Assembly: GCA_963701075.1 (NCBI GenBank)
Contig: OY969559.1
Span: forward strand, 448,001-512,000
Source of the DNA: an uncultured Nitrososphaerota archaeon
GTDB taxonomy: Archaea; Thermoproteota; Nitrososphaeria; Nitrososphaerales; Nitrosopumilaceae
Direction of reading: 5' to 3'
Length of the DNA stretch: 64,000 nucleotides
The position numbers were made by a program, and so were the translations under genes. The notes under the pieces were generated by a model, which had not been told where the DNA came from, did no database searches, and saw only the letters and a program-made list of their open reading frames with translations. How positions within the stretch are numbered: the stretch's first letter is position 1; every line of letters begins with the position of its first letter. Shown here in pieces: positions 1-10,538 of the stretch.

Positions 1-1416
1 GTATGGATGGGGACAAGGGTTTTTGCCTTTGTACCCTCAATCACTTCTTTTATCTGGTCACCAGAGCCATGCCCAGAAACATGGGTGTGATTCCACTGCC
101 CTTCCTTTGAAATTAGGCCAAAGTGTGCTAACCATCGTTTTACTCTGATATCATCAAATTCCATTTCTACATCAAACGGTTCTGTTGAAGAGCGTATGTA
201 ACTTGAACCCGCACTAGGTCTCACATCTATTAGTTGTTGTAATTGATAGTCATTACAATAGAACATTATTTCTTTTTGATGTGCAGAAACATACCTGTAA
301 TCTATGGCATTTTGATAGTCCAAAAATTCCTGCTCCCATTTCTTATAATCCTGAAGCAATTGCTTTTCAGTCCAATATTCAATATCTTTGTCCTTTAATC
401 CCCATGACTTTTTTGGAATGTATATCTTGATTATTTTATCATCTGATCTTGGAAATACAGATTTCCAACGCTCTGACGTCTGGAACAAATTTAGTAAATA
501 AGCCTGCTTCAAGTCTATCACAAGGTCTCGTCCTGCTTCCTTTGCAGCATTATAAAATGAAACTAGTCTATCCAGATCCCTAGTAGGATATGTACAAACT
601 ACAAGGTTTTCAGTTCTGTTTACAATATTTTTAACATCATCCTCTACTTCAAACTCTGTTTTAGAAAATGTCTCTGCTATACGAGTACCCTCACATAGCA
701 TGACATCTACATCAGAATTACCACACTTTTCTACAAATTTTTCACTGTCAGACTTTCTTCTCCCATGGAACCTGATATCAGCTGTATAGGATATGGATCC
801 CTTTGAAGTATGCAAGACAAATCCACTTACTCCGGGAATTGAGTGGTCTACAGCTAACGGTTCTACTTCTATAGAATCAATGTTAAAATTTTTCAGATTC
901 TCAAAAACTGATATCTTGCGAGGCTGTTGATATTCTTCTCCGCTGGCCCTGCTCATCTGGCCGCTCTTATTTTCATAAATTTTGAATTTTTCTTTAAAGG
1001 TAATAAATTCATCACCGCCTGCACTGGTTTCCTGCAAGGCCTGCATTATCAATTTAGTGGCCTCTGAGCAGTAAATTGGAATTTCAGGCCTGAGATAGTG
1101 TATGTATGCACAATGATCAATGTGTGCATGTGTCAACAATACGGCATCAACTGATGTATCTTCACGTCCTCCAAAGTCCATGTGTTTTGCATAATCTCTT
1201 CTGTAGAGTCCGTCTCAGCTCTGGTAACAATCCAAATTCGAACAAATCACCCATGCCATTGAGATCTCGCGGTTGTGCAAATTCTGAAAAATAATCATTT
1301 ACCTTTCCCATTTGCATGCCAAAATCTAAAAATATTTTTGTACCCTTGTCTTCTACTAAAAACTTGTTTCCACCTATTTCATGCACCCCGCCATAAAAGG
1401 TAAGACTAGTCAACAA
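1..1416 (-). CDS. MBL-fold beta-CASP ribonuclease (RNase J-like); runs off the window, one apparent frameshift near 1216
   Basis: N-terminus LTFYGGVHEIGGNKFLVED...FLDFG; the continuing frame gives VDAVLLTHAHIDHCAY (HxHxDH) and a C-terminal HVSGHG. Removing one base at AGCT[G]A joins the frames. Confidence 0.8.
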
Positions 1417-1485
1417 CTCCTATCATAAACTCAAATACTAAAAGGATCTGTTGTCATTTCATAAATTTATGAATAAGACAACAGG

Positions 1486-1674
1486 ATGATTCTATATGGA
1501 TCTGCAAAATATGGATCGATATATAGAATGATAGATGAGAAATTATTGGAATACATTGCAAGTTTAACGTATGACGAACTCCTGAACTTTGTGGAAATGA
1601 AATATGGAAAAAATTACAAAATAGAATTTAAAAAGAGATTAAAGAAAGAATATGAAAGAGAAAAAGCAAACTGA
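1486..1674 (+). CDS. small hypothetical protein
   Basis: ORF track only; charged helical sequence, probable start at ATG 1528. Confidence 0.35.
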   Translation: MILYGSAKYGSIYRMIDEKLLEYIASLTYDELLNFVEMKYGKNYKIEFKKRLKKEYEREKAN

Positions 1675-1718
1675 GAATAATTGCATACACTAATGAAGCA
1701 CAGGCTGATCATGGTTTT

Positions 1719-1856
1719 TTACACATTTCCTTTTAGTTGAACAAGAGCAAACTCAAATCCATGAGATCGATTTGCAAATCTCTTTTGTTTTATTTGAGAG
1801 TCAAGCCACTTGACTAATTCCTCATCAATGGTTATGCTTAGTTTTGATTTTGCCAA
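1719..1856 (-). CDS. CopG/ribbon-helix-helix regulator (45 aa), divergent from the R-M gene
   Basis: Hand translation MAKSKLSITIDEELVKWLDSQIKQKRFANRSHGFEFALVQLKGNV matches the RHH pattern (SITIDEEL...NRS). Confidence 0.75.
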   Translation of the reverse strand: MAKSKLSITIDEELVKWLDSQIKQKRFANRSHGFEFALVQLKGNV

Positions 1857-1903
1857 TAGTATGACTGAGTAGGACAAAATCATTTAACTACAGGTACGAT
1901 AGA

Positions 1904-1920
1904 ATCCTACTAGGTAGGAT
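1904..1920. promoter_or_regulatory. palindromic operator candidate between the RHH gene and the R-M gene
   Basis: ATCCTAC-TAG-GTAGGAT inverted repeat. Confidence 0.4.
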
Positions 1921-1994
1921 AACTGTGCGAATTTTGCAACAAAGGAAAGCAGGCAAAACCGCAGGCTAGCCAGCCTCTTGAGGTCCAATGTGGT

Positions 1995-3870
1995 ATGAGT
2001 TTAGAGGGGAAGCAATTTGATATTGAAAAAGCCAAAAATGAAATTAAGATTCTAGTTGACAAATATCAACGAATTCTTGATTCTGGAGAGATAAAAGAAT
2101 ACAGTGAGGAGGATACAAAAAAAGATTTTATTTTACCATTTTTTGAGGTATTGGGTTGGGATGTAACAAACAAATTAGAAAATGAAGTTACAGCAGAACA
2201 AAAAATTTCTAAAGGAAGAGTGGATTATGCTTTCAGATTACATGAGATTCCGAAGTTTTTTGTTGAGGCAAAGCCATTTCGCGAAAATGTAGATGACCGC
2301 AAATATGTAGATCAAGCAATTAATTATTCATGGCTGAAAGGTGTAACATGGGCTGTTCTTACAAACTTCAAGAAAATTAAGGTATTCAATAGTGAAATTA
2401 AAGCGTCTAATCCAGCTCTGATTCAATTCTTTGAATTGGAATGTCAAGATTTTGTAAAGAACTTTGATAAGATTTACTTATTATCTAAGGAATCACTTGA
2501 TAACGGGTTTCTTGACGAAAAGGCTGAAGAATGGGGCAAGAAGCTTCCAAAAAAACCTCTAGACGAGAGGCTACTCCTAGATTTAACTACATTCAGAGAA
2601 TTACTATCAGAAAATATTCTTAGAAATAACAAGAGTAAAATGCTCAAGCAAGAAGAACTGGAAGAATCAGTTCAAAGGATAATCTCTCGACTCATTTTCA
2701 TCAGAGCACTTGAAGATAGGCAGTACGAAGAACCGATGTTACTTTCTATTTTACGAGAGAATCAAAACAAGAGCAACATGACAAAATTGAATGAGCTATA
2801 TAGAAAACTCGATGGAATCTATAACGCAAAATTGTTTGCTCCACATTTATGTGATGATCTTCAAATTGATGATTATCCTTTACGCATAGTAATTGAAGGG
2901 CTATATCGTTCCGAAGAACAGCTTCAAAATTATGACTTTGACGCCATGGATGCCGATATTCTTGGCGGTATATATGAGCAGTATCTGAGTCATATACTAA
3001 AGACAGGAAAAAATGGTTTAAAAATAAATGATTCTAGAGCACATAAAAAGGAAGAGGGAATATACTATACTCCAAAATTTATCGTTGATTACATAGTCAG
3101 AACAATCTTTGATGAATTAGAATCTAAGAAAATAGATTGGCATAAAGTAAAAGTACTCGACCCATCATGCGGTTCTGGCTCTTTTCTAATCAAATCGTAC
3201 GATTATTTTCTCAATAAAATAGGCAAAGAGATGGAACAAAAGGTTCAATCTGAAAACAAAGATCTGATAAATTATGATGAGAAACTCACAATTATTCAAA
3301 ATAACATCTTTGGTGTAGATCTTGATCCGATGGCAGTTGAGATCGCTCAACTGAATCTCTTTCTTAAAGGAGTTGAGAAAAAGCATACGCTTCCGGCTCT
3401 TAAAGACAGAATAAAGTGTGGCAATAGCCTAATTTCAGATCGAGATATCGATTTTAAGCGAGCATTTGATTGGAAAAAGGAATTTTCAGAAATATCTAAT
3501 GAAAAAGGATTTGATGTAATAGTAGGAAATCCGCCCTACATAAAATTACACACATTAGATAAAAAGCAGTTAGATTATTTTTACTCCAAGTTTACATCAG
3601 CTACTAAGCATTTCGATATCTATGTCCTGTTTGTTGAAAAAGCATTATCTCTTCTCAAAGAAAATGGTATAATAGGGCTCATTCTTCCTTCAAAATTCTT
3701 TAATGCAGACTATGGAGAGGGATTGCGAAAACTCTTAGCTGAAAAGAAGTGTGTCTATAAAATAATAAATTTCAAAGATTATCAAGTCTTCAAAGGTGCA
3801 ATAACCTATACCTGTCTTTTATTTCTGAGAAACTCTCAAGCTGACACATTTGATTACTATGAATTACAAA
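1995..3870 (+). pseudogene. Type IIG (Eco57I-like) restriction-modification enzyme, 5' part, cut by IS5 copy 1
   Basis: HsdR_N-type nuclease (EEDTK...LGWD...RVDY...FVEAK), MTase motif I LDPSCGSGSFL and motif IV NPPY; the ORF runs into the IS inverted repeat at 3871. Confidence 0.9.
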
Positions 3871-4744
3871 CAACTCATCCTAAAACTGATCATTTAGTAA
3901 ATTTTTGACGATCACTGGATCTATCAGATGGAATAATCACACTGATTCCATGAAATTCCAAGAAATCTCAGACAAACAATGGGAAACAATACAAAAACAC
4001 CTTCCATCGCCTGCCAGAACAGGCAGACCAAGGTGTGATGACCGTACCACAATAAATGGAATCATGTTTATTCTGGTTACCGGCTGCAGGTGGGAGGAGA
4101 TGCCAAAAAGATACGGCTCAAAATCAACTGCTCATCTCAGATTGCAGAAATGGCAGCAAAAAGGAATCTGGCAAAATATCTTATCTGATGCAATAAAATC
4201 AGCACACCATTCAGGGAAGATACAGCTGCAAAAGGTATCGGTTGATTCGTCAACTGTTGCAGCCAAAAAAGGGGAGATGTGACAGGATACGACGGATTCA
4301 AAAGAATATCAGGCACGAAAATACATGTTGCAGTAGATTGCAATTCACTTCCAGTATCAATAATTATTGGTCCTGCAAATGAGCATGATTCAACAAAGCT
4401 CATCGATGTGATGGAAAACATCTCTGAATATCTTGATGATGATTCCATAGAACAGATCGTCACTGTATATGCAGACAAGGGTTATGATGCAAAAAAGATT
4501 AGAGAGTATCTAAAGAATAGAAACATCAGGGACTGCATTCCATCCAGAAATTTCAAAAATAACAACAATAAGAAAAGTCAGAGTAATTACAACAGGACAA
4601 GATACGTGGTGGAGAGATTCTTTGCATGGCTCAAATGTGGATTCCACAGAATTAGAATCAGATATGAGAGAATTGCAGAAAATTATCTGGCATTTCTTAA
4701 CATTACTGGAATAATGATGTATTGGAGGGTTTTAGGATGAGTTG
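3871..4744 (+). mobile_element. IS5-family insertion sequence (IS427-like, two ORFs), copy 1, 874 bp
   Basis: Perfect 16-bp terminal inverted repeats CAACTCATCCTAAAAC; near-identical copies at 28356-29229 and 43210-44083; flanks AAA / AAC do not match each other. Confidence 0.95.
3950..4740 (+). CDS. IS5-family transposase (orfA 3950-4282 + orfB to 4740, probable programmed -1 shift)
   Basis: N-domain ISDKQW...GRPR.DDR...TGCRW; DDE motifs VDSS, ADKGYD, RYVVERFFAWLK; A6G4 run at the junction in all three copies. Confidence 0.9.
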
Positions 4745-4814
4745 AACATACACGGGATGTACTGGAACACCAGTTGGACCGCCTGCACAAGGGACATTGC
4801 CAGTCTGTCAATAA
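4745..4814 (+). pseudogene. displaced 3' end of the pentapeptide-repeat gene (5' part at 29230-29615)
   Basis: After collapsing the AAC duplication it continues ...NGIT in frame as YTGCTGTPVGPPAQGTLPVCQ*. Confidence 0.85.
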
Positions 4815-5046
4815 AATCAAAAACCCTTTTTTCATATTTTTAAATTCTAGACTCTTTTTGTTCTCCTAAATAATACCAATTTCCTTAACAATGGCATGAG
4901 TTTATACTAAAATAGAAATTAGAGATTACATAGAATTTTTTTCAAATATGGTCCATATGGATAAATTCGTGCCAATTAATATTATTCATAATTCTCATAG
5001 GTGATATTTTTCTTCTACTATAAGAGATTGGGATACAACATACTTT

Positions 5047-5515
5047 ATGGCAAAAAAATACTCACGCATTCTAGTCCCATTTGATGGTTCAAAATACTCT
5101 CAGAGAGCTCTTGATGAAGCAATTGAGATTTCAAATAATTTCAGCTCTCGAGCTCTATATCATAATGGCTGTAACTACACCAATTATAGAACCACCCGGT
5201 ATGTATTTTGGCTATATTCGTGGAGTAGATATGGATAAGCCATTTGAAGATTACATTGATGTTGCATATGAGCGGGCAGAACGCATATTGCAAGAAACCG
5301 TCGAATATTGTAGAAAAAAAGGGGTCAAGGCAAATTACCAAGTAATCTCAGACAAACCTGGAAAAGCAATACTTGATTTTTCAAAAAGGAAGGACATTGG
5401 TCTAATCGTTATGGGCAGCAAGGGTCTGAAAGGGATTGAAAAGATCAAAGTTCTGGGAAGTGTTAGTAGGCATGTATTGGAAAATGCCTCCTGTCCAGTG
5501 ATGATAATACATTAG
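5047..5515 (+). CDS. universal stress protein (UspA family), apparent frameshift near 5145-5150
   Basis: RILVPFDGSKYS in one frame, IVMGSKG...LGSVSRHVLENASCPVMII in the next. Confidence 0.85.
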
Positions 5516-5565
5516 ACGACAGAGATATTTTTGAAAGATTTTGTAAAAAAAGGCAATCTACTGAT

Positions 5566-5988
5566 TTATTGATTTCTTGCAGCCCAGCCAGATAACCAGG
5601 CCTTGATTATGTTCTGGTTTAAACTGGCAAAGGCAGACGCATTTTCATTTAAGGTTTTAACGTTTTGTCGCATGGTATCCAAGATGGTAAAGGTGATCTT
5701 GTTTTGTACCTCAAATGTCTTTATCATTTCATCTGTTGCTTCCCTTATGGCTTTGGTTGTAACCTCGGAAGCATTTGCATTCACGCCGCTTTTTGTAGCA
5801 TATTGCTGCTGAAGCATGAGGCTTGATTCGATAAAATTTTTCCAAGCCCCCAAGCATTCTTGTTGCAAGTGAGTAAATGATTGCAGATATTGGGGATTTG
5901 ATCTTTCCAGACTGTTGTAAAGCTTTGTAAAATTCTGATTAAACTCGGAATAGACGTCTTTTGTTGGTTCAGTTTGTTGTTTGCTCAT
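5566..5988 (-). CDS. helical hypothetical protein (possibly phasin-like)
   Basis: 140-aa Gln/Asn-rich amphipathic ORF; function is inference. Confidence 0.55.
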   Translation of the reverse strand: MSKQQTEPTKDVYSEFNQNFTKLYNSLERSNPQYLQSFTHLQQECLGAWKNFIESSLMLQQQYATKSGVNANASEVTTKAIREATDEMIKTFEVQNKITFTILDTMRQNVKTLNENASAFASLNQNIIKAWLSGWAARNQ

Positions 5989-6180
5989 TTTTAATCGTTA
6001 TTTGATATTACAATGCTTTATGATATATGGATAATCTCAATAGTTTACTGTCTGCTATAGAAGACATGTATTTGTCATAAAGGTATGATTTAGAAAACAG
6101 ATCAGCACTATTGAAGCCACTAGAAATAATTCATAAAACCTGGATAGTTATAATAAATACAGTTATGAGAGTTTATCAAC

Positions 6181-6381
6181 TTGAATGCGTGTAAAACATG
6201 TGGACATCCAAGAGAGGATCACAAGGGAACTGCCATGATATGCATGAAACAAGTAGGAAAAAACTCTGGCGAACTATGTGATTGTTGCTGGTTTGATGAT
6301 GGCAGAGCTCAAATTTTGCCAAGGACAATAGAGGCGTTTGTGTTAAAAGGAAAGGAAGACAGCCATCCGTCGAAGTTCTAA
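6181..6381 (+). CDS. small Cys/His-rich putative Zn-binding protein
   Basis: CKTCGHPREDH...C...CDC. Confidence 0.5.
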   Translation: MNACKTCGHPREDHKGTAMICMKQVGKNSGELCDCCWFDDGRAQILPRTIEAFVLKGKEDSHPSKF

Positions 6382-6384
6382 AGA

Positions 6385-7122
6385 TCAAGATTTTATAACA
6401 TTGAAGACACTTGTAGAAAATGCGACAGAGTTGTGATAGGCAGTTACAGTATATTGACCAACTCCGAAATTCTGCCCAAGTTTATAGACTGTCTGGAAGG
6501 CACCAAGATATGTCCCGTAGGCCACAAGCTGGGTAACTTTGCCGCTGGGTGATTTTATTTCAAGTGTAATAGACTCGCCAAGCTGATAATTATTGACATC
6601 CCCTGAGATTTTAACGCCTGTACTCATTTCTTGTCCTATCGAGTATTCTTTCTGGTCTGTGAAAACGGTACCACCCAGAACTGGTGAGATAGTTCCGTTT
6701 TGCATGTTGGTTGAAGAGCTGTTACCATTAGCAGGAATGATAAAGAAATGGCTTCCCGTAGTGCCTCCCTTAAATCCAGTTTTGATAGCAATTGCATGCC
6801 AGCTGTAATAGCCGGGATCTAGCGTATTTTGATTCAACAATGTAAGATATCCATGTCCAGTCAAGTCAGTTACCGTTAGACCGCCATTATATTCCCCAAA
6901 CCAAAATTGGACTGTGGTACCTTGTACAGGAGAGCCACCACTGGTTACTTGTATCTCTAGTGAGGCTGGAAAATTTGTCAGTGTTGTTCCATCCTGTGGA
7001 GATATCAAAGCAACTTGTAGTGTTGTGGTATATGCACTGGCAGTGGGCATTATGTTTGTATTAATTGATGTTAGGATGACTCCGGTCAGGATCAATATAG
7101 GCAAGATCACCATTCTGCGCAT
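6385..7122 (-). CDS. secreted protein with two Ig-like beta-sandwich domains
   Basis: N-terminal signal/TM helix, Thr/Gly-rich beta strands, TDQKEY...ISG...PSG...G.YTVTA motif. Confidence 0.65.
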   Translation of the reverse strand: MRRMVILPILILTGVILTSINTNIMPTASAYTTTLQVALISPQDGTTLTNFPASLEIQVTSGGSPVQGTTVQFWFGEYNGGLTVTDLTGHGYLTLLNQNTLDPGYYSWHAIAIKTGFKGGTTGSHFFIIPANGNSSSTNMQNGTISPVLGGTVFTDQKEYSIGQEMSTGVKISGDVNNYQLGESITLEIKSPSGKVTQLVAYGTYLGAFQTVYKLGQNFGVGQYTVTAYHNSVAFSTSVFNVIKS

Positions 7123-7283
7123 ATTTTACGATCTTCTTTGGGTCTTATAAGACCGGCATCAGGTCTTGACAGGTCTGAATCCGCTAAAGGTTCTAGACCT
7201 GTAGGACCCAGCTACTAACATGGAATAATTTTAAGCCAACTTTGTGTGTAAAAGTAATAGAGTACGAACCAGTTAAAAGATGG

Positions 7284-7457
7284 TTATAATTTTGAAACGT
7301 CTCTTTCTATTTTTTTGCCTTCTTTATCAACAAAGAAGTAGGTATCATGACCATCATTTTCAAAATGTAATGTGAAACTCTCATCTAAATCATCTAATGT
7401 GTTGCCTCTAACTTGAAATCCACATTCGACACAAATTCCCCTCATGTCTCTAGTCAT
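7284..7457 (-). CDS. small C2H2-like Zn-finger protein (57 aa)
   Basis: Hand translation MTRDMRGICVECGFQVRG...LHFENDGHDTY... Confidence 0.55.
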   Translation of the reverse strand: MTRDMRGICVECGFQVRGNTLDDLDESFTLHFENDGHDTYFFVDKEGKKIERDVSKL

Positions 7458-7508
7458 ATTCTAAACTTTTTTGTTATTTCTTACTTTTAAATAAGATCTA
7501 GGTGGCCG

Positions 7509-7570
7509 GGGGACTAGGGTACCATCTTGGGCTTATTTCTGGGCCCACTTGTATAGAAATGTCAAGATTT
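7509..7570. repeat. diverged repeat, copy A (copy B at 10443-10507)
   Basis: GGGGACT-N5-ACCATCTTGGG-NN-TATTTCTGGGC shared by both copies. Confidence 0.6.
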
Positions 7571-7615
7571 GTTTTCAGTTATTGGAGAAATTTCATTTTT
7601 GAAAAAGATTAGAAA

Positions 7616-7699
7616 CTAGTCGTCATGAGCGAGATCATCTAAAAGTTTAGAGTATTTCTCAATAAGTTTCTCGTTGATTTTCTTATCTTTAGGGCTCAT
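7616..7699 (-). CDS. 27-aa peptide overlapping the Doc-like gene end; possible antitoxin peptide
   Basis: MSPKDKKINEKLIEKYSKLLDDLAHDD; ATG overlaps the upstream gene's last codons. Confidence 0.4.
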   Translation of the reverse strand: MSPKDKKINEKLIEKYSKLLDDLAHDD

Positions 7700-7958
7700 G
7701 TTTTCTCATTCTTTCTGAAATATAAAAAGACAGCTGTTCCATGACTTCTTGGTTCAAGGTTAACAGTCGGTCCTTGATTTTTCTTAACATTGATCTTAAT
7801 TCTGAATTCACCTCTTCGGGATCAATATCTAAATCATATCCATTATCATATAGAAATTTACCTGCAGCGATAATTCCAGTTCTCCTATTACCATCCATGA
7901 ATGGTTGTTTCAAAGTAATTACCCCTAGGATATGAGCGGCTATTTCAAGTAAATCTTG

Positions 7959-9043
7959 TAGGAGTTACGCAGTTGAGCCCAAATGACAGAACGGACGGGA
8001 TAGATAGTTCCGTATCGCATACCGGATTATGGCACTCTTTGCCTCATACCAGCTCGTCCCTGTCTCTATCCGGTATGCCTCAAGACGCAGAAAAGCCCTG
8101 ACAGACAAGAGTATGTGACTGATTATCGATCTTGCCTTTCTGACATGCGACCTTTCAATACCACAGCACTGCTTGATTCCACGGTGATACACCTCTACTG
8201 ACCATCCATGTTTTTCAAGCTCCTCCCTTCTTACCGCATTCATTGACAGATTGTTTGTTGCCCAGTACTCAGCGTCTCCGTTTTTGGAAACTGTCCTGAA
8301 TACCTTTATGGTTCCGTACTCTTTGAGGTAGACTGTTCTTCCATGCTTTGGTATTTCCATGCTACTCACTGACACGTTCTTACCATCTTTCAGACTGACA
8401 GTCCTGTTGCTTTTCAGCCTTGTCAGAAAATACCATCCAAGCTTTGCGACAAGATGGAGGTTTCCAATGCTGCAGTACCAACTGTCAAAGAGCACATACA
8501 GCGGATTCATGCCTCTCTGCCTGGCCTTTACCAGCATCTCCTGGAAGCGGTCGTTCTTTGTAAGACCTGTGACAGGTGCGTCGTAGATCCTGCAATCACA
8601 CGGTACGCGCTTTTTTCCATCTGTCCACAGAAGCGTGATGAGGTTTATTCCCTTGACCACACATCTGTGCTTGCCACTCCAGTGCCATGTTACAAGGTCC
8701 ATCTTTGAGGCATACGGCTTGTCAAGAGTGGTATCGTCGACTACAATAACACCCCCGCTTCCTATCATTGCCTTTGCTTCCTTCCAAACCGTCTCAGTGT
8801 CTTGAGTCTGTCGTTGTAGAAGGCGCGTAAAGGAGTCATGGGATGGGATTTTGTACAGCTCCACGGGCTGGCATCTTGCAGCCTCTGTACATGTAAAGGT
8901 CTTCTGGGATGCTATGAGGAACTGTATGTAGTCTAGTACATCACATCTTGATTGGTTCATTGCAAAGAGGGGATCGTCTTGGATCTAAGATTTATGGAAT
9001 GAATCCTTAGGCTATCTTGTGAAGGTCAACTGCGTAACTCCTA
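7959..9043 (-). mobile_element. IS701-family insertion sequence, 1085 bp
   Basis: 18-bp terminal inverted repeats TAGGAGTTACGCAGTTGA; 5-bp target duplication TCTTG at 7954-7958 and 9044-9048. Confidence 0.93.
7965..8960 (-). CDS. IS701-family DDE transposase
   Basis: IVVDDTTLDKPY, LFDSWY, WSVEVYHRGIKQCCG motifs. Confidence 0.92.
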   Translation of the reverse strand: MNQSRCDVLDYIQFLIASQKTFTCTEAARCQPVELYKIPSHDSFTRLLQRQTQDTETVWKEAKAMIGSGGVIVVDDTTLDKPYASKMDLVTWHWSGKHRCVVKGINLITLLWTDGKKRVPCDCRIYDAPVTGLTKNDRFQEMLVKARQRGMNPLYVLFDSWYCSIGNLHLVAKLGWYFLTRLKSNRTVSLKDGKNVSVSSMEIPKHGRTVYLKEYGTIKVFRTVSKNGDAEYWATNNLSMNAVRREELEKHGWSVEVYHRGIKQCCGIERSHVRKARSIISHILLSVRAFLRLEAYRIETGTSWYEAKSAIIRYAIRNYLSRPFCHLGSTA

Positions 9044-9279
9044 TCTTGTTCTTTATTTCCAGAATTTCCAACATTATTTATCATGAGAAGCACTTCATCC
9101 ATATTTTTTTGAATTACCCCAATATGTACTGGTTCACCAGTTCTTTTCTTGTGTCTTAGGAGAATCTGTTGATTAGTCTCAGTTAGATATCGTTTATGAA
9201 TTTTCATCACCATATTGTCTGAGACCACGACATGTTCCTTGGATGATTAGATTTAAGGCTTGAATTTTATTGGGAACAG

Positions 9280-9345
9280 TTACGGAGTCATTAGGAATTC
9301 AAACTTTACAATTCTATCTTGCTTCAATAAGTCGCTTAAACTCAT
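9280..9345 (-). pseudogene. probable HEPN toxin stub (N-terminus only)
   Basis: ORF MSLSDLLKQDRIVKF... starts overlapping the MNT gene end, as in MNT-HEPN operons, but stops after 21 codons. Confidence 0.4.
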
Positions 9346-10348
9346 CCTCATCACCAACTATCATTATTATAGGAGTCTTTGAAATTTCCCTTATCAATGG
9401 TATCTTCTTTTCCACCTTGTCCAAGAATTCTTCTTCTGTCCACAAGAGATAGTTCATTTCACGACCTACTGTCCCTTCTGTTTTGGATATGGATCTTAGA
9501 AGAGCATCATCGCTTACATTGCCAACTACTAACAAGTCAATGTCACTTGATTGTGACTCTGTTCCTTTTGCAATTGAGCCATAAATTAATGCATATTTGA
9601 TCTCCTCTTTTGGTAAATCCCTAGAAATGACTTCATCGAGCATTTCAAATTTTAGAAATATTCTTTTCAATTCATTGAATATCACGCTTTTATTATTAAT
9701 TTTATAGAATACCAGATTGCCTTGGGTTCTTCGCAGGACCAAGCCAATATTATGAATCACGGGCATCTCTTTTGTTATTGTGGAAGGAGCCAAGTCGGTT
9801 CTTCTTGCAATATCGTTTGCATGGAATTCGCGTGAGGAATTTAGGAATAGAAGCTTCAGAATCAAAACCTGCGCCCGAGACCTGAAGAGGCTCTCAAGTG
9901 AACTTTTAATTGAAACGACTTTGGCTGGTTTTTTCGTGTCTTTGAAAACAATATTCTTCACAGAAGGAAGAACATTACTTGTAGTTGGTTTTACGACCTC
10001 CTCTACCCTATCATTTACCAGCAATAGCCCGATTCCGAGGCTTTGACAGGTGCTAAGAACTACCTTGGAAGAGCGATCTTTTGGAATTGCAAGATATGAA
10101 AAATTTGCTGCATTCTTTTGATGTAGCGTCTGTTCTATTCCTCGTTGTATGTCTCCAGAACTTCCTTTGACTTTGATGGCAGTGATTTTTCCATCCTTTG
10201 TGGCTATGATGTCCACAATCCTGCCTCGTAGTTTTACTTCACGAGAGGTCTTCCATCCCTTTTTTTCGAGATACCTTTCTGTTTTTTTCAGGATGGTACT
10301 CTCTGTGTTTACAAAAACGCCATTTCTATTAATCGAATGTTTATTCAC
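9314..10348 (-). CDS. fusion of PD-(D/E)xK-like domain, ArsR-type wHTH and minimal nucleotidyltransferase (MNT)
   Basis: YLEKKGW...VDIIA...AIKVK; wHTH FHANDIARRTDLAPSTITKE; MNT motif YGSIAKG...SDIDLL. Confidence 0.8.
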   Translation of the reverse strand: MNKHSINRNGVFVNTESTILKKTERYLEKKGWKTSREVKLRGRIVDIIATKDGKITAIKVKGSSGDIQRGIEQTLHQKNAANFSYLAIPKDRSSKVVLSTCQSLGIGLLLVNDRVEEVVKPTTSNVLPSVKNIVFKDTKKPAKVVSIKSSLESLFRSRAQVLILKLLFLNSSREFHANDIARRTDLAPSTITKEMPVIHNIGLVLRRTQGNLVFYKINNKSVIFNELKRIFLKFEMLDEVISRDLPKEEIKYALIYGSIAKGTESQSSDIDLLVVGNVSDDALLRSISKTEGTVGREMNYLLWTEEEFLDKVEKKIPLIREISKTPIIMIVGDEDEFKRLIEAR

Positions 10349-10352
10349 TAAG

Positions 10353-10369
10353 TAGAAATAGTATTTCTA
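10353..10369. promoter_or_regulatory. palindromic operator candidate at the MNT gene start
   Basis: TAGAAATA-G-TATTTCTA. Confidence 0.45.
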
Positions 10370-10442
10370 TCATATATAGTTAGTACAGGGTTAGTAACCA
10401 GAGAGTTATACAATACAGTGGCATATAGTGTAGCCACATCGA

Positions 10443-10507
10443 GGGGACTTGACCACCATCTTGGGACTATTTCTGGGCTCGTTGGTATGTTTGAACCTGC
10501 AAGACTT
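10443..10507. repeat. diverged repeat, copy B
   Basis: See 7509-7570. Confidence 0.6.
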
Positions 10508-10538
10508 ACTCCTGATCTGTTCTTATTTTAAACAATAT

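Larger units (their letters stand above)
7689..9228 (-). pseudogene. Fic/Doc-family protein interrupted by IS701
   Basis: Removing 7959-9043 and one TCTTG gives in-frame ...NKEQDLLEIAAHILGVITLKQPFMDGNRRTG (Doc motif with His replaced by Gln). Confidence 0.85.

Noticed and set aside
10445-10500. tRNA-like GGTTCAAA on the minus strand
   Set aside because: No cloverleaf or acceptor stem could be built; no tRNA or rRNA gene was seen in the window.
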